Part shown: piece after piece, positions 1 through 11,176 of the stretch | Layout: every line of letters starts with the position of its first letter | Position numbering within the stretch: the stretch's first letter is position 1 | From: Guillardia theta CCMP2712 | Taxonomy: Eukaryota > Protista > Cryptophyta | DNA length: 64,000 nt | Assembly: GCF_000315625.1 (NCBI RefSeq) | Contig: NW_005434472.1 | Location: 1 to 64,000 of the forward strand | Reading direction: 5' to 3' | Position numbers and translations under genes: made by a program | The notes under the pieces: model-generated | What the model was told of the DNA's origin: nothing | Databases searched by the model: none | The model's input: the letters and a program-made list of their open reading frames with translations, nothing else

Positions 1-354
1 CCTTCGCTGTATCCCTTAACGTCTCTTCTTCTTCCTCCTCCTCTTCGTCGCTCTCTGTTCCTTCCTTCGTCACGATGTCCTCCTCCTCCTCCTCCTCCTC
101 CTCCTCCTCCTCCTCCTCCTCCTCCTCCTCCTCCTCCTCCTGCCTCCAACGCCGCAGCCACCGCTGCAGCCTTCGCCAGCTACTCAAGATGTCAGGAGGG
201 GGATGGGCACTCGAGAGCGACAGACCTTTCTATGCTGCTTCCATGCTTCCTGCGAGGAAGAACGTGAGAAAATTAGGACAAGGAGAGGGGAGAGGCAGCA
301 ATGGGGGAAAGGTTTAGGGATGAGGAGGATGAGAAAGGACGAGCGAGGATGAAG

Positions 355-409
<55 letters not shown>

Positions 410-727
410 ACGGGAAGGAGGAGTGACTAGGAAGGCAGAGAAGCTTACCCTCGCGGTACGGGGAGGGGCCTCCAGCAGAATGTCAGATTGTCGTTGACTG
501 GGTTCAACCGGAGAGAGAGAACTCAGAAGGCGATGCGAATTGATTGAGGCCAAAGATGCGGGAGGAGGAGGAAAAGCAGCAGTAGCAGAAGCAGCAGTAG
601 AAGCTTCAGCTCCTCCAGCTCCTCCAGCTCCTCCAGCTCCAGCTCCAGCTCCAGCTCCAGCTCCAGCTCCAGCTCCAGCTCCAGCTCCAGCTGGAGCAGC
701 AACAGGATCCTAAGAACAGTCGAGGAG

Positions 728-1489
728 TTATGGAGCCTCCCTTGGGTGCCTCTTTTGCCTCCTCCCCCTCCTCCTCCCGTCCCACCAGCGCCCTCTCACC
801 TCCTTCCCGTTGGTCTCCGGCATGCTGATCCCTTTCAAGCTCAGCAGTCGTTCGATCTGACCGTTCATGTGAGAATCCCCTCCCTCCACTCCCTCCCCTC
901 CCCTCCCCTCCCTCCCCTCCCTCCCCTCCCTCCCCTCCCTCCCCTCCCTCCCTTCTCTTCCTCTCTCTCCCCATTCCTCCTCTGCATCCTCACCTTCACT
1001 CGTAGTATGTCGCTTCTCTCCGACGCTGCCAAGAGTTCGGCCACCTGCTCCTCGAGCTTCTTCACTCGATCCAACAACTGCCTGTTGCTCTCTGTGTCGT
1101 CTTCCCACTTTCCACCGTCACAGAAGAACTTCTCGCATCCCTCAGACGACGCAGGCTTGGTTTGATTCTCCAACATCAGCAACTGCGGAGCGATCAGCCC
1201 TCCCAAGTACCCCGAACCACTCTGTCCGCTATCGCCGCCGCCGCCACCACCACCACCACTGTTGTGTCCTCCTCCCTCCTCCTCCCTCCTCCTCCCTCCT
1301 CCTCCCTCCTCCTCCCTCCTCCTCCCTCCTCCTCCCTCCTCCTCTCTCCTCCTCTTGTCCCACCTTCAGCCCGAAAAGAGCAGCTGCTGTGGATGAGTTG
1401 CTGTGATCATGACTCTCGTTGCTGATGCCAGCAGCGAGCTGACGCTGAAGGGGGTTGTCAGAGGGATAAAGATGGGGACAGAGGAGAGG

Positions 1490-1521
<32 letters not shown>

Positions 1522-1522
1522 T

Positions 1523-1609
<87 letters not shown>

Positions 1610-1626
1610 TAGGCAGGCAGGCAGGT

Positions 1627-1709
<83 letters not shown>

Positions 1710-4700
1710 CGACCTGGACGTAGAGCACGAGATGGTAACGCATCATCTCCTCGAAACCTTCCGAACTGAGACGGCGAATCAGAGAGGGAAGGGAGGGCGG
1801 GGAGGAGGAGGCAGGAACGAGAAGGAACGACAAGCCGGGTGCAAGAGGGAGAAGAGACTGGGTGGGGGGTAAGAGGGGAGCAAGTACAGCTGACGGGGAG
1901 AGAGGGGGGAGGCAGGACTCGAGGAGCAGGAGCAAGACAGGAGGAGCAGGACAGGAAGAGCAGGAGCAGGAGCAGGAGGAGAAGCGACGTGCGTCCAGGG
2001 GGCAGGAACAGGGACCTTAGACATCCGTTGGAGTTGCAGAAGGAGAAGTTGGGCCCAGCAGTGAGGACATGGTAGTCATCGGGAGAGAGGTGAATCTGAC
2101 CCACGAGCGGAAAGTAAGTCGGGGATGGAAGGGGAGGAAGAGAGGGGGAGGGAGGGAAGGGGAGCAAGAGAGAGGGAGGAAAGGGGGGGGGAGTGGAGGA
2201 GGAGGGAGGGAACGAGTCCGGCAGGGCGTCAGCAGCTCGCAGAGGTTTGAGAGGTTGTCAAGGTCTCGTACCTGAGCATCCTTCGAGTTGTGGGTGAGTT
2301 TCTTCAGGCCATCTGCAAGCTCGTTGAACGTGACTGGCTCTGCGTCAGCAACCTCCTCCTCCTCCTCCTCCTCCTCCTCCTCCTCCTCCTCCTCCTCCTC
2401 CTCTTCGTTCGTCCCCCTCGCCCATCCCCTTCCTCCCTCAAACGTTTCCCCTTGCTCACTTTCTCCGTTGCTGTCCAGGTCGAGCTTCTGGTGACGAGCG
2501 GGTTGATCAGAGCACGAAGGCAGAGGGCGGAGGAGGTAACACAGGGAAGGAGAAGAGCAGGCAGTGAGGCATCAGGCTGCAGGAGCGAGAGTGAAGGGAG
2601 AGGGGGATGGAGGAGGCAGCAGGAGGCCAAGGAGACAGGCAGATCGCAGCAGGCAAGGGACATGAGAAGGGTCCAGACCTCGTACAAGCTTAAGATCCTT
2701 GCGGAGAGATCCGCCGAGGTCTTGAAGCTCGCGAGGTTGCAGAGGAGGGGATCCAGCGCTGATTCCTTCTTGAACGAAACCTTGAGGCAAAAGGTCACCG
2801 TTACCTCTCACTGCAGGACCCTCCTTCCGTCTTCCCTTGCCCACTACCACCACCACCACCACCACTGTCCCCTCCTCCTCCTCCTCCTCCANNNNNNNNN
2901 NNNNNNNNNNNNNNNNNNNNNNNNNNNNNNNNNNNNNNNNNNNNNNNNNNNNNNNNNNNNNNNNNNNNNNNNNNNNNNNNNNNNNNNNNNNCCGTCCTCC
3001 TCTCTCCTCCACTCCCACTCCTCCTCCCTCCTCCTCTCCTCTCCTCTCCTCTCCGCTCCCTCTCCTCTCCTCTCCTCTCCTCTCCTCTCCTCTCCTCTCC
3101 TCTCCTCTCCTCTCCTCTCCTCTCCCCTCCTTTCCTTGCTCACCTCCATCATGCTCTCTGCCATGCTGCTCTTCACTTCTGCTGTCGTCTGCACGAACTC
3201 ATCGAGCAACACGGCCACAACTGGAATTCGCATCTCAGGGAGGAAACGGAACATCCCGGTCACCGATGTTCATCATGACGATCCCCGTGATCAGGTAGTA
3301 GCTAACAAAGAAGAAGTTGATCTGCAGGAGGAAGCAAACTTGAGAAGGATGCAGGCACTTGCAATGGAGCAGCAGAGGGTAGGAAGGAGGGTGGAGGACA
3401 GGCATAAGAGAACTCGATAGGAAAGTTGGAGCAGGAGCAGAATTGGCGGCGCAGCAGCAGCGGCAGGGCTCGTCAACAACCGGCAAATCATGGGAGAAGA
3501 CTCCAGTGTTCATAGGGCGAACGATGTTCGTCACCCAACCGTCTCCTGTCGCGATCTGAAACATCTGATGCCCCAGTTAGCACGGCAGGAGAGCGAGCGG
3601 GAGGGAAAGGAGAGGAGAGGACAGAGGTAGCTGGAGCAGGAGCGGCAAAGATAGAGGTAGGGGGGGCAGGAGCGGGAGCGGGATAGGCTAGGACGGTGGT
3701 ACCGAGCGAGGATGGGAAAAGGAGTGAGATAGCGGGAGCGGCAGCGGAAAGGACGGAGGTAGCAGCGGCAGAAAGGACGGAGGTAGCGGCAGCGGGAGAT
3801 GAAGGGGGGGGGGAGAGGAAAGGTACCGTGAACAGGGCGAGAGAGAAGCTGCCGAAAAGCTCCTCGTCCTCGGCTCCGAAGAAGATCACGGCCATCACCT
3901 TCAACCGCCCAGCATCAGGCCCAGCACATCTCCGGCTGGTGACCCACCGCGTAGAGAGATGAGAAGAGGAGGAGGATGCAGAAGGCGTTGGCGACCGGGA
4001 CGATGGCGGACGTCATGGACTGAACGATAGCGCGCAAGGAGGGCATCTTCTTGAACAAACGAACCACCTGCGTCCCACTAAGTCACCGAAGACTCAAAAC
4101 TCCTGCTCCTTCCTGTCCAAAATTGTACACAGCTGTCTCGACCTCCTCCTGTTTTTCTCTCAACTGGCCCAAAGGATTCTACATCATCCCCTCCTGACTT
4201 TCCTCACCCCATCCTTGTTCTTCTTTCTCACCCTTGCCCTCCTCCTTGTTCCCCTCCTCCCAGATCCTTGTCCTCTTACCCGAAAGATACGGACGAGACG
4301 GAGGAGGCTCACTCCAGGGAGGTTCTGGATCATGAGAGAAACGATGGAGATCACGACGACGATGAAGTCGAAGACCTTGCAAGACACCAACAAGTCACTT
4401 CTCTCCCCGCCTCTTCATCTCTTTCCCTCACATTCCAACCGTCCAGGAAGAAGGAAAGGGGGCCGGTTGATATCAGGTTTGCGACGAGCTCCAAGGAGAA
4501 GATGACTATGAAGAAGATCTCGAGGGAATCGAACACATGGGACGTGCTGCTCCCGCTCGTTGGGAGCAGCTGGTAGTTGAAAACACTGACGAGAAAGTTG
4601 AACATGATGAGGAAGGCAAGGAAAAACTGGACGGGAGAGGACGTGTAGATCGTCCTGACACGGTACTGAAGTCTCGACCGCTTCCCCTGCATGGACTTGA

Positions 4701-5253
4701 GCCTCTTCTCCTCCTGCCTCTTGCAGTCCTGGATAGCACGCGACCACAGCATGCACGCCTCGTTGCTGGAAGCTCGGAGGGTGTAGGTCCTCCCGCTATT
4801 GAACCCGTTTGCCACTGTGAAGATGTTGAAAACCCGTGCCTTCGAGGGAGGGGTCTCTCCCACGTTCCCCAGCATGAACGTGCTGGAGGACTGCTTCTTG
4901 TCAGCGCGGGCATGCGCGAGGAACTCTTCCTCATGCTCCATCGAGACCGTCACCACGTCCATGATCGGGATCACGTCCGAGACTTCTGCCCCTGGTCTCC
5001 GCGCGAAGGAGATGGCGTCTCTACCGAGCGCTACATACCTCGGCCGCCAAGTCAGCTCCAGAGTCTGCTTCTCCAGCTCCCCCTCCAGCACCAAGTCGTC
5101 CCCCGTCGGCAGCTTCCCCCATCCCATGGACAGCCCGCTGAATCCTCCCGGGGCTTGCGGGGAGAGGAGATCGTCCGCTGCAAACTCATCTTCGGTCTCC
5201 GCGGAGATGTCTACTTGCAGGCCTTTGCTGCCCCGCCAGGTTGAGGTAACCAT
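728..5253 (-). CDS. Single-domain (6TM) voltage-gated cation channel (EukCat/BacNav/CatSper-like) with N-terminal PH domain, C-terminal EF-hand(s) and coiled coil; multi-exon
   Basis: Exon 5253-4432 encodes a PH-like domain (LEGELEKQ..WRPRYVAL..RTYTLRASSNEACMLWSRAI) followed by S1-S2 and FFLDGWN. Exon 4375-4280 gives S3/S4 VFDFIVVVIS..LLRLVRIFR and the exon from 4067 continues VVRLFKKMPSLR. Pore loop FGSFSLALFT|MFQIATGDGW; S6 FFVSYYLITGIVMMNI|VVAVLLDEF; EF loop DLDSNGEITFNE across the intron at 2459-2334. Start and 3' end uncertain. Confidence 0.85.
1489..1710. repeat. Compound tetranucleotide microsatellite (GCCA)n-(GGCA)n inside a channel intron
   Basis: Directly visible tandem repeats. 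Confidence 0.95.
2892..2991. other. Assembly gap (100 N)
   Basis: N run flanked by CT-rich microsatellite. Confidence 1.
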
Positions 5254-6136
5254 GCTGAATGCTCTGTGGGTATGGGATGAGGAGGGGAGGGAAAGAGAAC
5301 GGCAGGCCGGTAGGTACCAGTCAAGGAGGAGAAGGAGGGAGGCGGTGGGGAGCAGGCAGGGCGTCCGCAGGAGGGGAGCAAGAACGAGCAAGCAAGATCA
5401 GTGGGTCTGCAGCAGTCCAGTCAGCGCAGGAACGAGAAATTCGAAGACAGTCTGAATGAAAACTTCCACTAAGAACTAGAGGGGAGAAGACAAGTTGTTC
5501 TCTCAGGCGAGGAAATGATAGTACAAGAACCAATGAACATGTAGAAGGAGCAGGGACTGCTAGTCACGAGGACTGTTGCGTGATGACAGCAGTAACAGGG
5601 CAGGACTCTCAGTTGAGGGCAGATGAGGGAGGTGAAGGAGAGCGAAAGGGACGTACAGTCTGCTCCATGAAGCCGCTCAAGGGACTGTAGGACAGCTGTA
5701 GGAAGGAGAGCAGTATGGGTCAGAGTATGGGTTGGCGGGAGCAGGGCGGCAGGGGAGTGGGCAGGTGTGTGGGGAGGGCAGGAAAACAAAATTTGACTGA
5801 AAGGATGATAACCCTCTACCCCACTTTTGACTGGACCAGACTGGGTACTCCATGGTGGGGTCCGGAGATCATGGAACGAGATATTTCAAGCTCGCCTCAA
5901 GTATTTACTAGAAGAAGAATAAAGACAGTCATAATTGATATCGAGGATATAGGAAAGCTCTGTTGTTTCGAGTCTGGACTTCAAGTTCGCCTGGGTAATT
6001 AAGGAAAATTGCGTCCAAAATTTGAATATGTAAGTCATGTTTCCATGAGTCGTACTCAAATACAAGCGGGTGTGCTGTCGTTACAAGCACAATCGTTATT
6101 CTGCAACGGTTGGTAACTGTTCCACGAAGAGGCGCG

Positions 6137-7410
6137 ATGCAGCGGTGGGCGGGGGTAGCTGCATGGGGCGCAGCGATGGTGCTGGTGATGATGGTGGTGC
6201 AGCCGTTCCGCTCTTCTCATCCAGTCGTGATGGAGCAAGCCGAATCAGCGCTTGCTCAGCATGAGCAGCAGCGACAGGCTGCCAGGGGCACCATGTCAGG
6301 CTCCGTAAAACTCAAGAGCGCTGCCGCCCTCCTCATGGGAACTCGCAAAGTTCGCGCAAAGAAGATGCAGGTTGGTGGCCATGTGGCTCCCGTGGCTCCA
6401 AAAAGCAAGCAGGTGCACAAGAAACTGAGCGGCAAGAAAATCTTCGCTAGGATGATGTCTATCATCCACAAGAACGTTGCCGGCCAGAAGAAGCACATGA
6501 AGGCGCCTCCTGCTCCTGCAGACATTCCTGTGCCGAAGTCTGCCAAGATGAGGCATGGCAGAGCTATCTCCCTCAAGCAAATTTTGGAGGAGGATAATGC
6601 AGATGCTGAGAAGGAAGGGAAGGGGAGGAGGAAGTCACCGACATGGAACTTGACCCACCAACCGGCACCATATATGTGTACCGCGGGAGGGAAGTGAAGA
6701 CCAACGCCGACGAGATCACAACATTCATTCTTGCTGGTGGATTCGGCGTTGAAGACGTCAAGTACATTGAGGGCGCTTCGGATGCAGATATCCGAATGGC
6801 CACTTGGGATAAGGATTGCAAGGCCATCATTTTCCCTCCTCTTCATGACATTCCCGATTTCGGCCCAAATGCTGTGAAGGATCTGCGGGCGTTTGCTTCT
6901 CACGGGATGCATCACAGTGGCACGATTCTGTTCATGGGTTCCTCGGTAGAAGTTCACATCATCAACGATGTCTTCGGCTATGAGCTTGAGCAGGACTTCA
7001 AACCTGGTCCTTACTACAAGAACGAGAGGGGGGTTCTTGGAACAGCTCTGCAGGATCTACCTGATAGAGTGAACGAATTGGGCAACACCGAGTCTCTTGG
7101 AGTGCTGAAGTCTTCCATGCCTCCTGAGTCCAGATCCTACTACGACTCGTTTGGTGACTCAGTGGCGTTCTGCGTTAGGTATGACCTCGGCAGGGTTTGC
7201 TATCTTGCTCAAGACTTCAAGTTATTGGAGAGAATGCCCCAATTGCAGGTGGAACTGGCTGAGAGCGAAGATGAGGAGCTGCAGATCGAAGCGGAGCGCG
7301 AGCTCGAGGCGCTGGGTAGGAAGACAGACACGTGGTTGGCCATTATGGAAGGAATGCTTCTTACTCCCGAGATCTCCGCGCCTGAGCCCGTGAAGCCTGA
7401 ATCAGATTGA
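6137..7410 (+). CDS. Type II membrane/secreted hypothetical protein: signal anchor, K-rich linker, C-terminal alpha/beta globular domain (possibly GATase-1-like fold); apparent 1-nt frameshift near 6618
   Basis: ORF 6110-6697 (MQRWAGVAAWGAAMVLVMMVV..) and ORF 6643-7410 join as ..AEKEGEGEEEVTDMELDPP.. if one G is added to the G-run at ~6618-6620. The fold guess from AIIFPP / DLRAFASHG..GTILFMG / GRVCYL is inference. Confidence 0.55.
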
Positions 7411-7564
7411 GCTGTATCCATATTTTTGTAATCAACCCTAACTTCTGAGTATGCTGCTTTTGAGTGTGACTGGTTAGAAAGAATAAACTGTCATAAAGGA
7501 TGAAGTTGTATGCGCTATGCAATCGTGCCCTCGTCCATACTACCACATCCTTAGGAGAATCTAT

Positions 7565-9210
7565 TCAACCTTTCATCAGTGGCGCATAACATCTCAGAAC
7601 ATTGTTTGCGGTGATAACAGCTAAATGACTCCTTGAATGATACGCATTGAAAACTGTCACCTAAACCTGTGTTAGCGTATGTCGATAGGGGAGATAACAT
7701 CCATCACCTTGCGGAGCACAAGGCAAGAGCCAGAAGTCAAATTGTCGCCTTCCTCCTCCAATACCTGCTGACTGTATCACATGGATATTCATCAACGCTG
7801 GTATGTACGTTTGCATGGATGGTTGCCTTCATCTCTCCTGTTGGGTCCTTGATAACCTGTTGTTGAGATCATTCCATCACAGTTCGGCGAATAACTGTAT
7901 GGATAGATACTGACCGCATCAGCACAATCATCTAGCAGATTAATAGATTTGACGAATGCAAAGAGCTTGGGAATCTTCTTGAGGTATCCATCTTTCAAGA
8001 CCTGAGCAATCGTTGTCTGTACAAGAGGGTGATTGCATGTCACTGTTGTAGCCCCTGGTGAAGTGGCTAGGTACACAATGTCATGCGCTTCACTTCCTTG
8101 CTGTCTCAGGTCACCTCTGAATGGAGGTATGTCCAAATCCTGACTTTGAAGTCAATTGCAAGGAACTCGTTTCAAAAAAGCAACCTTCAGCATCTTGAGC
8201 CAAGTCGGGGACGAGAAATCAGCATCATCGGGGTCTATCGATGCACGCTTGCGACGAAGAGGCAGCTCTAGCATTGTGGAAGTAGCAGGGGTCGCAGAGC
8301 ATTGAGTCATTCTGCTCAACACGGGATCAGGAACATATTCTAAGCAAGAAGAACATTTGCCAGTCAGAGGGATGATGAAGATGTAACGTGAAGAGAGTAA
8401 CATCAAAAACGTGGTATATGCATCGATGTCTTACGTCTCTTGCGTTGTTTGTGTCTCGCAGAACCCAGCAGGGCCAGGAATGCTTCGTGTTTCATCCTAC
8501 AATGCCATCAGCAAATCATCTTTTGCATTTTGTAATCAAACCACTTTCGAGTCTAGGCTGTCATGACATTCTTCTGGCAATTTCCAACGTTCTGCATTAG
8601 TCAGTACAGATGCTGTATATACTTCGCCTGAGAGAACTTCGTCTTCATTCCTTCTCCCCCTGAATGACTCCGTCTCTTTTTGAATGAACGAATGCCTCTC
8701 TGCTGGAATTTCTGATACTTGTCCCATCCTCTCAACTGTTCTGTTTTCTATATGTCTCACATCTTTTTGCGTAGATGAACTAGATCGTTGAGAAGGTTGA
8801 CTGTTCTGCCGATTTTCTCCGAAAACAAAGGCATTCCCCTGAGAAGTAGCACATTTGTCCTGGCTCTCGGACAGATGCTCGATATCGACACGTGAATGGT
8901 CTACCTTACGAGCAATCTGGCTGAATTTTTGACTATCATTGGGGGGGTTGAAGTCAAAGAGTTTCCCGCTACTTTGGGATGGGCGAACTGGCTGCGATGT
9001 TGACTGTGTATTCACAGTCGGCGAGATTTGTGGGCTCGTCAGCATCGATGAAGTATCATGGCTCTCCAGCATTGAACTTAGAAACAATCCTCTAGGGCGA
9101 GATGAAAGCGAGGAGGAGTCATCGATGTTCAGATCTTCATCTTCGTCTTCTACATTTCTTCGCCTTGCCCCGCTCGCCAGCGGCAACCTGGCATTGCCAA
9201 ACAGCGGCAT
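7565..9210 (-). CDS. HROB: HROB/MCM8IP (C17orf53)-like OB-fold homologous recombination factor
   Basis: Spliced C-terminus KKIPKLFAFVKSINLLDDCADA|VIKDPTGEMKATIHAN|VLEEEGDNLTSGSCLVLRK|VTVFNAYHSRSHLAVITANNVLRCY matches the DUF4539 pattern (xKDPTGEMxGTxH..LxxGSxLxL..NxTxxN). Disordered S/Q-rich N-terminus in ORF 8536-9210; stop TGA at 7567-7565. Confidence 0.8.
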
Positions 9211-9227
9211 ACTGGCGGGAATTTCTG

Positions 9228-9264
9228 CCTCGTACTGATTTTTAACTTATAACTTTGAGTAAAG
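9228..9264 (-). promoter_or_regulatory. Dispersed AT-rich motif, copy 1 (minus strand CTTTACTCAAAGTTATAAGTTAAAAATCAGTACGAGG), ending 17 nt upstream of the HROB ATG
   Basis: Near-identical copy at 47883-47916. Confidence 0.5.
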
Positions 9265-9859
9265 TCTCCGCGGTCTGCGCTTTCACTCACTCACGGTGGC
9301 AAGTTTGGCGGACGGACTCGGGACTGAGGCCCGGCCTTGGCGCGGGCGGGCGGGCGGCTACTCCGGGCCGCGCCGCACGGTGGCGCGGCCCGCCGTCACC
9401 GTCGGCGCCGCAGTCACCGCGAATGCCCAGGCTCCCGGAGTCTGACGGCCGTGCTGCGGGCTGGCAGTAGCTGCCGGGCCACTGAGGCTGGGCCGCCCGG
9501 CCGAAACGCCGTAACTGTGGCAGGCCGTGCGGAAGCGGCCGCTCCGAGCCATGATACACTAACTTGAATGTCCCGGGCCGGGACAGACTCAGACTCTAGT
9601 TATTGTGACCGTACAGCTATTGTCGAATCACCCCGCGGCGGCGTGAGTCAGCAAACTGATCTCTTGGAAGTTTCAGAGTCTGTATCGGGACTGATCACGG
9701 GGCCGCGCTGAGCTGGACTGAGTTTATTCGCTGGGGCTTCTTCATGCCATGATTGGGTCACTTGAGCAAAGAACTTCCTGATTAGTGCCGGCCGACCAAG
9801 AGCCTCGTCAGTGGTGAGCCGCCGCATGAAGCTAGCAGGAGGCCCGGAAACGACCCAGG

Positions 9860-11176
9860 GCGGCTAGGCTTCGGAATCCTCTGGAGACTTGTGTTGCCAT
9901 CTGCACTCAGATCAGATGATCAAGCCAGCGGTCGGATAGGGGGAGACGTTCACCGGTAGACATGGATGGAGAGTCGGCATGCCCTGTCGAAGAAGTAGTG
10001 ATCCGAGGAGGACCTGGGAACCCTGACCTTCTTGTTCATCTGGTCCGAAGCGTTAGAGAATCCGAAACATGCTATCAGCCCGAGGTACTTTGAGAGCTTC
10101 TGCCTTTCGCCGCTGACTCAGAAATTCAGAGACTTTGACAGTTTCGACTAAATCTGCGCAGCAGCGTCAGTCTGGCGATTCAGGCTGCGGGTCGAGGAGG
10201 CTACATGGTGCAAAATGCTTCCTCAAGAAGCAAACGACTTGCTCGTCTTGAAAGCCGAAGATTCCATACGCATTGGTCTCAACAGCCAATTTTCTGAACG
10301 CCCCTTGTCCGGTGAGACTGCGACGACCGATTAGGGTGAATCGCACACACTCGTAGACCACCTTTTGTCAAGTTCCAGTGCCAAGTTCATCAGGCATGTC
10401 GCAGGATTGGAATGCAGGTTGGCTCCAAGCAGCATGCGAACGGATTTGAAGTCGGGCCCGATGGGGAGCAGGTTGAAAAGAACCCTCGGGCTAGGGTTGT
10501 GCTGTTCGTTGCCTGTGTTGTCCACTCCGAAGGAGGTCTCCCACTTGCAGGGGACGCAGCCAAAGAGAAAGATATTTCCTTTCATCCCAATAGGGATTGG
10601 AATGTCCTCTTCCTCCTTCTCCTCCGTGACAATATCCTTCACTGGCATATCACCCTCGTCCGGGGTTGCTTTTTCTCCCCCATCATCCGACAACGGAACT
10701 CGAGCGCTGCTCTTGTCCGTTTGCACTTTCAACTTCCTCTTTGTGTTTCCCTTCACATACTCCAACCACACCTTCTTTGCATGTGGTCCAACATACACTC
10801 GCCCCCAGCATGTGATATTGCTCTTGAGTGCGCTGTGCCACTCCTCAGAATTGTAGGTCTCATTTGAGACTGCAACTAAGGCCTGCGAACAGAGTCAAGT
10901 CGAACAACGCCATATAACGACCGAAGGACCATACTTGAAACCCCTTGTTTGGTCTTCCATTCTTGTATGCCTCGGTTGGTACCTGTTGAACACGTCGGGA
11001 CAAAACCCAAGGAAATCAGTAAATGCGCGCACCATGGACAGAGACGGCTTCGGTCGACATTCGTCCAAGAACGATTCGAAGATAGCTTGGGCCTTGGCAA
11101 TCACTGAGTAAGCAGACATTGCATGATTCTGACTTACGCAAGACTCAGGGGTGGTCTCGTGCTCGTAGGCCTTCAA
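9860..11176 (-). CDS. Hypothetical multi-exon protein
   Basis: Chain of minus-strand ORFs 10895-11176, 10331-10798 and 10167-10361 with protein-like composition and plausible splice sites; no recognisable motif. Confidence 0.4.

Noticed and set aside
1229-2167. 312-aa ORF with LPAC/LAGW repeats
   Set aside because: Reads through intronic tetranucleotide repeats; only short parts are true channel exons
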